From Alkanindiges illinoisensis DSM 15370 (GTDB lineage Bacteria; Pseudomonadota; Gammaproteobacteria; Pseudomonadales; Moraxellaceae), in NCBI RefSeq assembly GCF_000619845.1, contig NZ_JHUX01000007.1, positions 120,001 to 152,000 of the forward strand: a DNA stretch of 32,000 nt. The letters are read 5' to 3'. Both the position numbers and the translations under genes were made by a program. Below the pieces are notes generated by a model, which worked only from the letters and a program-made list of their open reading frames with translations, had not been told where the DNA came from and did not search any database. Below are positions 1-9,673 of this stretch, in pieces (the first letter of the stretch is position 1; the number at the start of each line of letters is the position of its first letter).

Positions 1-362
1 CATTTGCCATCTTACAGCGCGTAAGAAATTAGTCAAACCTGAACCCGTTAACTGCAATTTAGCTACTTTTTATGAAGTATTTCAATGAATTAATATTTTA
101 ATTTATAAAGTTATGCACTGATATGACACACATTTTGTAAATATTTTGGGTTTTTTGCCCTAACTTGTAACATTTATGCAACCATTTCTCGGGTTGTTTA
201 CCAAGGCCATACTTAAAAATATGAATAACAACGCTGCACTTTGTAGCCAGTGTTAAAAAAAGAAATAGACGTTTAGATATTTTTGAAAAAGGGTATAGCT
301 GTTGAGCAATGAGGTGGACGTGCTAAAATTCAGGTTCATTTATGACTGTTTTGAGATGTATT

Positions 363-1458
363 GTGGAAATTAATCCGTATCTGGTTCGGTTAAAGGACTT
401 GCGTGAGCGTGGTCAAACGCTTAGGGGGTATCTTTGACTACGACTATAAAAAAGAGCGACTGGAAGAAGTATTACGCGAACTAGAAGACCCTGCCATCTG
501 GAATGACCAGAGCCGTGCACAGGCAATGGCCAAGGAAAAGGGCGAGCTGGAAAATATTGTGGGTGTACTGGATGATTTAAGCCAGCAGCTGGAAGATGCA
601 CAAGCCATGCTGGATCTGGCGGTGGAAGCAGATGAAGAAAGCCTGCTGGATGATGTGGATAGTGAGCTTAAAACCGCCGATGAAGCAGTGGGCAAGCTGG
701 AATTTCGCCGCATGTTCAGTAACCAGATGGATCCCAATAACTGCTTTCTGGATATTCAGGCCGGTTCCGGGGGTACAGAAGCACAGGACTGGGCTTCCAT
801 GTTACTGCGCATGTACCTGCGCTGGATTGAGCGTCATGGCTTTAAGGCTGAAGTCATGGAAGAATCTGATGGCGATGTAGCCGGGATTAAAAGTGCAACT
901 ATCCGGGTGGAAGGCGAGTATGCCTTTGGCTGGCTTAGAACTGAAACCGGCGTGCATCGTCTGGTACGCAAGTCGCCATTTGATAGCGGTAACCGTCGTC
1001 ATACCTCGTTTTCAGCGGTATTTGTGTCGCCAGAAGTGGATGACAATATTGAAATTGATATCAATCCGGCCGATGTCCGCACTGATACTTACCGGGCTTC
1101 CGGTGCGGGTGGCCAGCACATTAATAAGACCGATTCGGCAGTGCGTTTGACGCACGTTCCCACAGGAACGGTGGTGGCCTGCCAGAATGAACGCAGCCAG
1201 CATGCCAACCGTGACCGTGCCTGGAAGCTGTTACGTGCCAAACTGTACGAGCTGGAAATCCAGAAGCGTAATGAAGCCCAACAGGCGCTAGAAGCCACCA
1301 AGTCGGATATTGGCTGGGGTAGCCAGATTCGTTCCTACGTACTGGATGATTCACGCGTGAAAGACTTGCGGACTGGCGTAGAAAATTCCAATACCGGTGC
1401 GGTACTGGATGGTGATCTGGATAAATTTATTGAAGCCAGTTTAAAAATGGGGCTTTGA
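363..1458 (+). CDS. prfB: Peptide chain release factor 2, expressed via programmed +1 ribosomal frameshift (exon 1 363..434, exon 2 436..1458)
   Basis: The frame-0 leader starts at GTG 363 (ATG 342 is an alternative) and encodes (M)[23 protein letters not shown]. It ends at in-frame TGA 435-437. The +1 frame, which is the 403..1458 track ORF, continues [14 protein letters not shown]2 hallmarks are present: SPF (RKSPFDS) and GGQ ([10 protein letters not shown]). Confidence 0.93.
423..438 (+). promoter_or_regulatory. prfB autoregulatory +1 frameshift site (SD-like AGGGGG, 3-nt spacer, CUU UGA C)
   Basis: The sequence AGGGGGTATCTTTGAC is read directly at 423-438. It has the same architecture as the classical RF2 frameshift signal. 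Confidence 0.9.
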
Positions 1459-1491
1459 TCCACAAATTCGGATAGAAAAATATTTGCAGGG

Positions 1492-1521
1492 AAAGGGCAA
1501 TATAACATTGCCCTTTTTTTT
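1492..1521 (+). terminator. Rho-independent terminator of prfB
   Basis: Stem AGGGCAAT (1494-1501) pairs with ATTGCCCT (1507-1514) around a 5-nt loop. A run of 8 T follows at 1514-1521, 34 nt after the prfB stop. Confidence 0.85.
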
Positions 1522-1542
1522 GATACATCTTATTTCAATTTT

Positions 1543-1578
1543 ACGATATATATATCTAAAAAAAACGATACATATATC
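1543..1578. promoter_or_regulatory. Candidate operator: two 14-bp direct repeats ACGATA(T/C)ATATATC upstream of the ArsR-family gene
   Basis: ACGATATATATATC (1543-1556) and ACGATACATATATC (1565-1578) match at 13/14 positions and start 22 bp apart (two helical turns). Each is internally near-palindromic. They lie 107-142 bp upstream of ATG 1685. Confidence 0.35.
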
Positions 1579-1684
1579 GAATATGTGCTATATATTAATC
1601 CTGCGCAGAAAAGCAGAATGAATTGGCTATAATAGTGCTGGCAAGACACAATACTTGCTAACGACATACGCTGAGGATAAGTGC

Positions 1685-1993
1685 ATGACCAGTCAGATTG
1701 ATAGCGAAGCGATTTTAAAGGCGCTGGCCAATCCGGTGCGTCGTGAAATATTGCAATGGCTGAAGCAGCCGGAACATTATTTTCCAACCCAGCATGTGTC
1801 TGCAAGCTATGGGGTATGTGCCGGACAGATTGATGCCAAGACAGGTTTGTCGCAATCAACGGTGTCAAATCATCTGGCTGTATTGCAAAAGTCAGGTTTG
1901 ATTTGTTGTCAGAAAGTCGGACAGTGGTCATTTTACCAGCGTAATGAAGCCGTCATTCAGCAATTTCTGCAATCTTTACAACGCGATTTGTAA
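1685..1993 (+). CDS. ArsR/SmtB-family winged-helix transcriptional regulator
   Basis: The HTH signature GLSQSTVSNHLAVLQKSGLI is present. I chose ATG 1685 because GAGGA at 1672-1676 sits 8 nt upstream; the track start, TTG 1655, lacks an SD. It lies 37 nt upstream of the OYE gene, so it is probably co-transcribed. Confidence 0.8.
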   Translation: MTSQIDSEAILKALANPVRREILQWLKQPEHYFPTQHVSASYGVCAGQIDAKTGLSQSTVSNHLAVLQKSGLICCQKVGQWSFYQRNEAVIQQFLQSLQRDL

Positions 1994-2030
1994 GACCTGA
2001 CGTCAATAAATACAGGTCACAGGAGTTGTT

Positions 2031-3086
2031 ATGTCCATTTTGTTTCAGCCTTTAACTGTGGGTGCCCTTGAATTACCCAATCGTCTGGTCATGGCGCCGC
2101 TCACCCGTTCGCGCGCCGGGGAATCACGTATTCCGAATGAATTGATGCAGGAATACTATGTGCAGCGTGCCAGTGCAGGGTTAATCATTACCGAAGCCAC
2201 GGCCATTACGCCATCTGCGGTAGGTTATGCCGATACGCCGGGCATCTGGTCGGAAGAACAAGTGGCAGGCTGGAAAAAAATTACTGATACTGTACGGGCT
2301 GCGGGTGGCCGCATGGTCATGCAGTTGTGGCATGTAGGGCGTATTTCTGACCCGATTTTCTTAAATGGCGAATTGCCAGTTGCGCCCAGTGCCATTCAGC
2401 CCGCAGGCCATGTGAGTCTGGTACGTCCCAAAAAAGAATATGTGACCCCGCGTGCGCTGACCACGGCAGAAGTCAAAGCGATTGTGCAGGATTATCGCCA
2501 GGCAGCGATTAATGCCAAGGCGGCTGGTTTTGATGGGGTGGAACTGCATGGTGCCAATGGCTACCTGATTGACCAGTTTTTGCAAAGCAAAACCAACCAG
2601 CGTGATGATGAATACGGTGGCGTTGTGGAAAACCGGGCACGCCTGTTGCTGGAGGTAACTGACCAGCTGATTGACGTATGGGGCGCAGACCGGGTGGGCG
2701 TGCATCTGGCACCACGTCGTGATTCGCATGACATGGGTGATGACAATCCAGTAGAAACTTTTGGTTATGTGGCTGAACAACTGGGCCAGCGCAAGATTGC
2801 GTTTATTTTTGCCCGTGAGTATGTCGCTGATGACAGCCTGGCGGGTTTGATCAAGCAAAAATTTGGTGGGGTATTTATTGCCAATGAAAAGCTGGAGCGT
2901 GAACAGGCTGAACGCTTATTAGAGCTGGGTGAGGCGGATGCCGTATCATTTGGCCAGCTGTTTATTGCCAACCCGGATCTGGTGGAACGCTTTAAGCAGC
3001 AAGCTGAGCTGAATACCCCAAACCCTGCCACTTATTACGCTGAAGGTGCAACAGGTTATACGGATTATCCATTCCTTAATCAATAA
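2031..3086 (+). CDS. nemA: Old Yellow Enzyme family NADH:flavin oxidoreductase / N-ethylmaleimide (alkene) reductase
   Basis: The N-terminus LFQPLTVGALELPNRLVMAPLTRSRA and the motifs HGANGYLIDQFL and FIANPDL are typical of NemA/OYE. AGGAG lies upstream of the ATG. Confidence 0.88.
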   Translation: MSILFQPLTVGALELPNRLVMAPLTRSRAGESRIPNELMQEYYVQRASAGLIITEATAITPSAVGYADTPGIWSEEQVAGWKKITDTVRAAGGRMVMQLWHVGRISDPIFLNGELPVAPSAIQPAGHVSLVRPKKEYVTPRALTTAEVKAIVQDYRQAAINAKAAGFDGVELHGANGYLIDQFLQSKTNQRDDEYGGVVENRARLLLEVTDQLIDVWGADRVGVHLAPRRDSHDMGDDNPVETFGYVAEQLGQRKIAFIFAREYVADDSLAGLIKQKFGGVFIANEKLEREQAERLLELGEADAVSFGQLFIANPDLVERFKQQAELNTPNPATYYAEGATGYTDYPFLNQ

Positions 3087-3121
3087 TCGATTAAAGCAAT
3101 CCAGCTCAATTTTGCGTTGTT

Positions 3122-3154
3122 TTATCCCCCTGTATCAAGGGGGATAATTGTTTT
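3122..3154 (+). terminator. Rho-independent terminator after the OYE gene
   Basis: A 10-bp stem TTATCCCCCT (3122-3131) / AGGGGGATAA (3138-3147) encloses a 6-nt loop and is followed by TTGTTTT. Confidence 0.8.
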
Positions 3155-3330
3155 GAATGATTCTATTTAACGTTGTATTTTTAGAGAAACATTGATAAGA
3201 AAAACATCAGTTTTGGGCAAAAGACTGCGTAAAATTTTGGTTTATAGACTCAGGCAGGCTACACTCTGCTCACTTTATTTTTCGTTAGCGGCGTGTTGCT
3301 GGCAGCATGCGGCTTCTTTGATATTTGACT

Positions 3331-4680
3331 ATGTCGAAACCTGTGCAAAAACCTCCTTTCTGGTATCAATTTCTGCTGGCGCTGGTGTTGCCACTGTATC
3401 GCCTGCGCGTGTGGCAGCGTTCGCGTCTACAGCCGGATTATCAGGATGAAGTCATTGAGCGTTTTGCGGTTAAATCCGTGGCTAAAAACCAGCAGCGCAA
3501 ACATCAGCCAGCTACAAATCAGCTAAACAGAAATCAGCAGGTCATCTGGATTCATGCCGTGTCAGTCGGTGAAACCAATGCCGCCCAGCCTGTGATTGAA
3601 CATTTTTTAAAGCTGGGCCAACCTGTGCTGGTGACCAATACCACCCGTACCGGACAGGCACGCGCCAAAATTTTGTTTGCCCAAAATTATCCTGAGTTGT
3701 TTGAAGCAGTTTTTTTGCCAGTAGATACCACCGCATTAATGGAACAATTTTTGCAGCGTTATAAGCCGCGCCTGTTTATTTTAATTGAAACCGAATTATG
3801 GCCCAATGCATTGGCACAAACCTATGACGCTGGAATTCCCAGTATGTTGCTCAACGCCCGCCTGTCGGAACGCTCGGCCAAAGGCTACGGCAAATTTAGC
3901 CGCCTTACCCGTCCGATGCTGGAGCAACTCAGCTGTATTGCCGCACAGGATCAGGCCACTGCACAGCGCTTTATTGCCTTGGGTGCGGACACCAAAAAGG
4001 TGGTGGTGACGGGGAGTATCAAGTTTGATACTCAGCCGCCTGAATTTTTATTAGAGCAGGCAGAGCAGCTAAAACAGCAATGGCAACTGGCTCAGCGTCC
4101 AGTACTGGTTGCTGCCAGCACGCACGAACCGGAAGAAGCCCAGATTCTGGCGCAGTTTCCCAAAGTTTTAGATCAATATCCTGACGTAGTATTAATACTG
4201 GTGCCACGGCATCCTGAACGGTTTGACCGGGTAGCCGAGCTGATTGAAAAGCAGGATTTTCAGGTATTTCGCCGCAGCCAGCAACAGAAAATTGAAGCTA
4301 ATACACAGGTCTATCTGGCGGACAGCATGGGCGAGTTGTGGCTGTGGTATGCACTGGCCAGCATGGCCTTTGTTGGCGGCTCACTCAGTCCCACTGGCGG
4401 GCATAATCCGCTGGAACCCGTGCGACTGGGCGTGCCGGTGGTGATGGGGCCGCATACTTTTAATTTTAAGGTGATTGTTGAGCAGCTCATGCAGGCCCAT
4501 GCCTTGACGCAGGTGGACAATGCGGAAGAATTAATGAGTGTGTGGCTAAACTGGCTACAACAGCCGGCACAAGCCCAGCAGGCCAGTATTGCGGGCTTGC
4601 AGGTGATGCAGGCCAACCAGGGTGCGCTGGATCGGCAATTAGCGCTCATTCAGCAATTAGACACACTGCCTGAAAGATAA
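3331..4680 (+). CDS. waaA: 3-deoxy-D-manno-octulosonic acid (Kdo) transferase
   Basis: Motifs IWIHAVSVGE, ETELWPN and GGSL..GGHNPLEP are characteristic of KdtA/WaaA. I chose ATG 3331; the track start, TTG 3325, is 2 codons upstream. Confidence 0.9.
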   Translation: MSKPVQKPPFWYQFLLALVLPLYRLRVWQRSRLQPDYQDEVIERFAVKSVAKNQQRKHQPATNQLNRNQQVIWIHAVSVGETNAAQPVIEHFLKLGQPVLVTNTTRTGQARAKILFAQNYPELFEAVFLPVDTTALMEQFLQRYKPRLFILIETELWPNALAQTYDAGIPSMLLNARLSERSAKGYGKFSRLTRPMLEQLSCIAAQDQATAQRFIALGADTKKVVVTGSIKFDTQPPEFLLEQAEQLKQQWQLAQRPVLVAASTHEPEEAQILAQFPKVLDQYPDVVLILVPRHPERFDRVAELIEKQDFQVFRRSQQQKIEANTQVYLADSMGELWLWYALASMAFVGGSLSPTGGHNPLEPVRLGVPVVMGPHTFNFKVIVEQLMQAHALTQVDNAEELMSVWLNWLQQPAQAQQASIAGLQVMQANQGALDRQLALIQQLDTLPER

Positions 4681-4934
4681 ATCTAACAAAATATTAAAGT
4701 CTTACAGAACGCTAAGGCCAGTTTTTTGTCAGGCAACCATAAGCTTTCTTTTCAGTTTTCAACAAAACATGCTGGCAAAATCTGGTCAAATTCACAAAAT
4801 CAGGCGTAAACTCAAGACCGCCTGATTCATAGATGATTCTGTAATCAAGCCGACTGACAACGCTAAACCCAATCCTGCATCCGGCTAAAATAATGTAGGC
4901 ATTAATAAATTAAGTGATAACAAGGAAGACCAGC

Positions 4935-6011
4935 ATGAGCACCATCATTGATAAAAGCAAACCCGTTTGCGTCACCGGCGCGTCCGGCTATATTGCCAGC
5001 TGGATTGTCAAATACCTGCTGGAAGATGGCCTGACTGTTCATGCCACGGTGCGTAATCCGGACAATGCAAAATCGGTTGCGCATTTAAAAAAAGCTGCCG
5101 AAGGCACAACCGGCACCTTAAAGCTATTTGCAGCGGACCTGTTGCAACCGGGCAGTTTTAAGTCCGCCATTGAAGGTTGCGAGCTGGTAATTCATACCGC
5201 GTCACCCTTTATTATCAAGGGTTTTAAGGATGCCAATGAAGCACTGGTCAAACCCGCAGTACAGGGAACAGAAAATGTGCTGCGCAGTTGCAATGAGGTG
5301 AGTACAGTCAAACGTGTGGTACTCACCAGTTCGGTGGCTTCTGTGTTTGGCGATAACATTGAAATTGAAGAAACCCCCAATGGTATTTTTACCGAACAGG
5401 ACTGGAACAACACCAGTAGCGTGAGCCATCAGCCCTATTCATTTTCCAAGGTGGCGGCGGAGCGCAAGGCATGGCAAATCCACGACCAACAACCTAAAAA
5501 TGGTAGACAATGGGATCTAGTCACGATTAACCCGTCACTGGTGCTGGGGCCAGCCTTAACTCAAAAAACCCAGTCCACCAGTATTTCAGTGATGCAGGAT
5601 TTGGGCAGTGGCAAGCAACGAACTGGCGTGCCGGATCTGGAATTTGGGCTGGTGGATGTGCGTGAGGTGGCGCGGGCGCATATTCAGGCTGGTTTCACGC
5701 CAGAAGCCGAAGGCCGTTATATTGTGAGTGAAGGCACCTATAGCCTGCTCACCATGGCAGAAATCCTGAAAAAATATTTCCCCAAATACCCTTTGCCCAG
5801 AACGCTGTTGCCTAAGGCGCTGGTCTGGCTGGTGGGGCCAATTGCAGCGGGTGTAAGTCGCCGTTTTGTCAAGCTGAACGTGGGCTATTCCATCCGTTTT
5901 GACAATACCCGCTCTCGCCAGACCTTGCAGATTCATTACCGGCCTATTGAAGAAACCTTGCATCAGCATTTTCAGCAAATGATTGATGATGGCCTGTTAA
6001 AAAAGCGTTAA
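4935..6011 (+). CDS. NAD(P)-dependent extended SDR (dihydroflavonol/cinnamoyl-CoA reductase-like aldehyde reductase)
   Basis: The Rossmann motif VCVTGASGYIASWIV is at the N-terminus. AAGGAAG at 4922-4928 sits 6 nt before ATG 4935; the track start at 4914 has no SD. Confidence 0.8.
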   Translation: MSTIIDKSKPVCVTGASGYIASWIVKYLLEDGLTVHATVRNPDNAKSVAHLKKAAEGTTGTLKLFAADLLQPGSFKSAIEGCELVIHTASPFIIKGFKDANEALVKPAVQGTENVLRSCNEVSTVKRVVLTSSVASVFGDNIEIEETPNGIFTEQDWNNTSSVSHQPYSFSKVAAERKAWQIHDQQPKNGRQWDLVTINPSLVLGPALTQKTQSTSISVMQDLGSGKQRTGVPDLEFGLVDVREVARAHIQAGFTPEAEGRYIVSEGTYSLLTMAEILKKYFPKYPLPRTLLPKALVWLVGPIAAGVSRRFVKLNVGYSIRFDNTRSRQTLQIHYRPIEETLHQHFQQMIDDGLLKKR

Positions 6012-6120
6012 ATAGCTTGAACAGATGATTTGACAAGGCAATGATTTAACGAGACTGGGCCAGATTAAATGGCTTACACTGACGGGTTTTAAGTTACCCG
6101 GCAAATTTTGTCTTTTCACC

Positions 6121-6828
6121 ATGAACCTGTTGTTGCTTGATCCCACCCAAATTCAAGATCAGTGCGCCCGTATTACGGATGCACGGCGGCTTGGCCATAT
6201 CCGTGAGCATTTAAAGTTAAATATGGGCGATACCATCAAGATCGGCCAAAAGAATGGTTTAAAGGGTACCGCGCTGGTTGAAAGCATCACTGACCAGCAA
6301 CTGCTGCTGAATCATATCGTGCTGGATCAGGCGCCACCGCCTAAGTTACCCCTAACCTTGATTGTGGCGTTACCACGGCCAAAAGTGTTGCGACGGCTGA
6401 TCATGGATGCAGTCACGCTGGGTGTTGATCAGCTTATTTTAATGCATAGCTACCGGGTGGAAAAAAGCTATTGGCAAACGCCATTTTTGCAGCAACTGGA
6501 CAGTTATATTGAACTGGGGCTGGAGCAGGCGGGAGACACAATCTGGCCGCAAGTGCAATGCTTTAAGCGTTTCCGGCCTTTTGTGGAAGACATCTTGCCG
6601 GGTTTGATTGCAGATCAACCTGCCTTTGTGGCACATCCGTATGCCGACCAGCCCATGCCTGTTGCCATAAACCAGCCTTGCGTGCTGGTGATTGGCCCGG
6701 AAGGCGGCTTTATTCCGTTTGAAATTGATTTACTGCAGCACAACGGCTGTCAGCCCGCCAGCCTTGGCCCGCGAATCCTGCGCACTGAAACCGCCGTGTC
6801 CAGCATTATTGGCCGATTGTTTGGCTAG
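6121..6828 (+). CDS. rsmE: 16S rRNA (uracil1498-N3)-methyltransferase
   Basis: The size (235 aa), an N-terminal PUA-like region and the C-terminal SPOUT motif VLVIGPEGGF...LGPRILRTETA match RsmE. Confidence 0.85.
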   Translation: MNLLLLDPTQIQDQCARITDARRLGHIREHLKLNMGDTIKIGQKNGLKGTALVESITDQQLLLNHIVLDQAPPPKLPLTLIVALPRPKVLRRLIMDAVTLGVDQLILMHSYRVEKSYWQTPFLQQLDSYIELGLEQAGDTIWPQVQCFKRFRPFVEDILPGLIADQPAFVAHPYADQPMPVAINQPCVLVIGPEGGFIPFEIDLLQHNGCQPASLGPRILRTETAVSSIIGRLFG

Positions 6829-6840
6829 GCTAATTGTTTG

Positions 6841-6864
6841 GCTAAGCTAAATATTAGGCTTAGC
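6841..6864. terminator. Hairpin between convergent rsmE and the mscS-family gene (possible bidirectional terminator)
   Basis: GCTAAGC (6841-6847) pairs with GCTTAGC (6858-6864) around an AT-rich 10-nt loop. There is no strong U-tract on either side. Confidence 0.4.
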
Positions 6865-6885
6865 AGGCTGCTTAAATCACGATGG

Positions 6886-7905
6886 TTAAAACTCACTTTT
6901 TGCCGGGGTCAAGTCATTGTTTTCGCTGCCGGGCACGACGGTACTCTGGTCCACCACCAGTTGTTGAATGGGATAGGGAATATTAATACCCTTGGTGGTG
7001 AGCGCCTCTTTCACCAGAATTTGTACTTCATCAATCGATGCACCAATTCCCACTTCCTTCACATCCACCCACCAGTTCACGCCCAGAATAATGGCAAAAT
7101 CCCCCAGTGATTTCACCTGAACCGATGGGGCAGGCTGCGACTGGATGGTGCGAATCTGGTCAATGACATTGAGGATAATGGTTTTTGCATCCTGGATATT
7201 GGCCTGATAGCTAATGCCGACATCAAAGGTACACAGTCGTTTGACGAAGGCCGTGTTTACCGTCACCGGATTGGTAAACAGGTTGGCATTGGGAATTACA
7301 ATACGGCGGCCATCCCCAGTGCGGATGTAGGTTGCCCGAATCTGGATGTCTTCCACCACGCCCGTAAAGGTGCCGGACACAATTTCATCGCCAATACGGA
7401 ATGGTTCGCCCAGCAAAATCAAAATGCCGGACAGCATATTCTGAAAAATATCCTTAAAGGCAAAACCAATTGCCACCGAGCCAATCCCCAGGGCACTAAT
7501 CAGTTGCGCCGGGGTAAAGCCGGGAATGGCAATCACCAGCGCAATCATAAAGCCGATAAACACAATGAAGGTACTGCCAATCCGGTTAAGCACCAGCACC
7601 AGATTTTGCTTGCGCTTGGCCCGTCCACTTAAGGTTTTGACCACAAAAAATTTAAAAATCTTGGAAATCAGCCAGAACAGGATAAACACTGTGAGGGCAA
7701 TTAGCAGGTAGGGTACTCGTTCCCAGAAATGCTGTGCCATCTCGTGTACGGTGGTGTACACATCTTTGTATTCAGTGGCTTTTTCAAGCACTTTGTGTGT
7801 GGTTGCTTTACCTGCCTTTTGCACCAGTGTGGCCGTTGCCTGAGTCGCATCACTAATGGCCTCTGCGGTGTTTTCGCTTGCTTCACGAATGGATTGTTCT
7901 GCCAT
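6886..7905 (-). CDS. Mechanosensitive ion channel (MscS family)
   Basis: TM helices are followed by the MscS beta-domain signature LLGEPFRIGDEIV...GVVEDIQIRATYIRTGDGRRIVIPN. I chose the start MAEQSIRE (ATG at 7905); the track ORF extends 22 codons further to 7971. Confidence 0.85.
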   Translation of the reverse strand: MAEQSIREASENTAEAISDATQATATLVQKAGKATTHKVLEKATEYKDVYTTVHEMAQHFWERVPYLLIALTVFILFWLISKIFKFFVVKTLSGRAKRKQNLVLVLNRIGSTFIVFIGFMIALVIAIPGFTPAQLISALGIGSVAIGFAFKDIFQNMLSGILILLGEPFRIGDEIVSGTFTGVVEDIQIRATYIRTGDGRRIVIPNANLFTNPVTVNTAFVKRLCTFDVGISYQANIQDAKTIILNVIDQIRTIQSQPAPSVQVKSLGDFAIILGVNWWVDVKEVGIGASIDEVQILVKEALTTKGINIPYPIQQLVVDQSTVVPGSENNDLTPAKSEF

Positions 7906-8161
7906 GGTGCAATTCCAGAATGTGCTGACACGGCTTATTGTGCCGTACGGGTATGTTGCGTTGTGTGACATTGAGTATTTTAACGATGGCTAAATTCATC
8001 GTGCATCTAATACTTTGGGTGAATAGTAATAATTATAAGACCTTATATATTAAAAAAGCATAACGCACAGGGTAAATCATAAAAAAAGCCAATGATGGCC
8101 TCATTCTCCGGGTGGGATTGTAGTTGGCAAAGGTGATAAAACAAGGCATAGGATGTGAGTG

Positions 8162-9607
8162 ATGAAACAATTAACGAGCCACGTATCAAGTAGCAATAGA
8201 CCACATGCAAAAGTGCTCAGTATGGCAGTGTTTGCCATTATGGCTGCCAGCTTTTGTAGCACGAGTCATGCAGTTACCACCGACACAACAAGCAACCAAA
8301 CTGAAATTGAAGCATTGCGACAGGAAGTCAATGCACTCAAGCAAATCGTGCAGCAACTGAGTGCACAGCAACAAACCCAGCAATCCGTTAGCCCTTCTGC
8401 AAGGCCTGTAACCAGCAGCACCGAACCTGCACTGGAAGCAACGGCAGTAGCACCAGCCAGTGCCAGCATTGCCCCTGCGCAAAGTGCCAACGCAGGCCAG
8501 CCCATGCCGGCTGTTCCGGTGAGCCGCAATCCAGAAGGTTGGGCTGTGTTACCTGATGGCAAAACTGCTGCCAAGGTCTATGGCTTTATTCGTGCCGATA
8601 TGCTGCATGACTTTAAGGGCCAGCCCACTGGCAAATTCAGTAACTTGCATACCCAGCCACTGGACAGTAGCGACCCAGTTGAAAACAAGACGGCCTTTAC
8701 TGCCGCTGTTACCCGGGTGGGCGTGGACTTTAAAACCCCAACCGCCATCGGTGATGTCGGCGGAAAAATTGAAGGAGATTTCTGGGGCAATGGTGGTACA
8801 GGCGCAGCCACCTTTCGGATTCGCCATGCTTATTTGACAACGGGCAACTGGCTGTTTGGTCAAACCTGGTCGCCTTTTACGGGGCAGGAATATGCGGCTG
8901 AAACCGTAGACTTTAATGGCGTTACCGGCACATCCATCCGGCGTGCAACCCAGATTCGCTATACCCATCCCTTAAGTACAGCCACCTCTCTAACCATTGC
9001 GGGTGAGGAAGACAGCAATTCGGATTCCCGTTTTCCGGCATTAACAGCCCGGCTGGAACACAAACTACCAGACAGCAAGGGCGCATTTGCCGTGCGTGGC
9101 ATGCTACATGAAAAACGCGGTGTGGCCACCAGTACGGTGAATGGCCAGGTTCAAAATACTGAAGACGAGAAAGCAGGCTACGGTGCAGCCATTGGGGCAT
9201 GGTATCAGCTTGATCCCGCCAACAAGCTTAGCGGCCAGTTCTTCCATGTGAAAGGTGACGGCAGCTTTAACTATGGTACAGGAACCGGATTTTCCGTGAA
9301 TGCAGCCACTGGCGACCTGTATTTTGATGAATACAACAGTGCACAACTGGGCCTGACCCATAATTTTAATCCCAAAATGCGCAGTACCGTGGCATTAAGC
9401 TGGGTGGATTTTAAGGATAGCAGCCAGTTTGCCATTGCCAATCCGGGCGCCAATCGTGAGCTAAAACAGGCTTCGCTTAACCTGTTCTACAAGCCAGTGT
9501 CCAGTATCGATCTGGGCGGTGAATATACCTATGGCAACCGCGAAGTATTTAATGGCGATGAGGGCAAGCAATCGCACCTTAACCTGATGGCGCGCTATAA
9601 CTTTTAA
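8162..9607 (+). CDS. Outer-membrane porin with N-terminal coiled coil (DcaP-like)
   Basis: A signal peptide (AIMAASFCSTSHA) is followed by the heptad coiled coil EIEALRQEVNALKQIVQQLSAQQQ and an Ala/Ser/Pro-rich linker. The C-terminal part has an alternating beta-barrel pattern ending ...LNLMARYNF (terminal aromatic). AGGA lies 8 nt before ATG 8162. Confidence 0.75.
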   Translation: MKQLTSHVSSSNRPHAKVLSMAVFAIMAASFCSTSHAVTTDTTSNQTEIEALRQEVNALKQIVQQLSAQQQTQQSVSPSARPVTSSTEPALEATAVAPASASIAPAQSANAGQPMPAVPVSRNPEGWAVLPDGKTAAKVYGFIRADMLHDFKGQPTGKFSNLHTQPLDSSDPVENKTAFTAAVTRVGVDFKTPTAIGDVGGKIEGDFWGNGGTGAATFRIRHAYLTTGNWLFGQTWSPFTGQEYAAETVDFNGVTGTSIRRATQIRYTHPLSTATSLTIAGEEDSNSDSRFPALTARLEHKLPDSKGAFAVRGMLHEKRGVATSTVNGQVQNTEDEKAGYGAAIGAWYQLDPANKLSGQFFHVKGDGSFNYGTGTGFSVNAATGDLYFDEYNSAQLGLTHNFNPKMRSTVALSWVDFKDSSQFAIANPGANRELKQASLNLFYKPVSSIDLGGEYTYGNREVFNGDEGKQSHLNLMARYNF

Positions 9608-9644
9608 GCCTAACGCTAAAAAACGATTTTAAAGTTCTCCTTGG

Positions 9645-9671
9645 CCGTAACCTTGCGTTACGGTTTTTTTT
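9645..9671 (+). terminator. Rho-independent terminator of the porin gene
   Basis: CCGTAAC (9645-9651) pairs with GTTACGG (9657-9663) around a 5-nt loop, followed by T8 (9664-9671). Confidence 0.85.
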
Positions 9672-9673
9672 AT

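Noticed and set aside
1-10. CAT triplets at 1-3 and 8-10 could be the start codon of a minus-strand gene running off the left edge.
   Set aside because: No coding sequence lies inside the window to support it, so it cannot be evaluated.
1530-1931. A 133-aa minus-strand ORF overlapping the ArsR-family gene and its upstream region.
   Set aside because: It overlaps a gene with a clear HTH motif on the opposite strand. It runs through the AT-rich operator/promoter region and has no recognisable motif.
2361-2858. A 165-aa minus-strand ORF, and smaller ones, inside nemA.
   Set aside because: These are shadow ORFs antisense to a full-length OYE-family gene.
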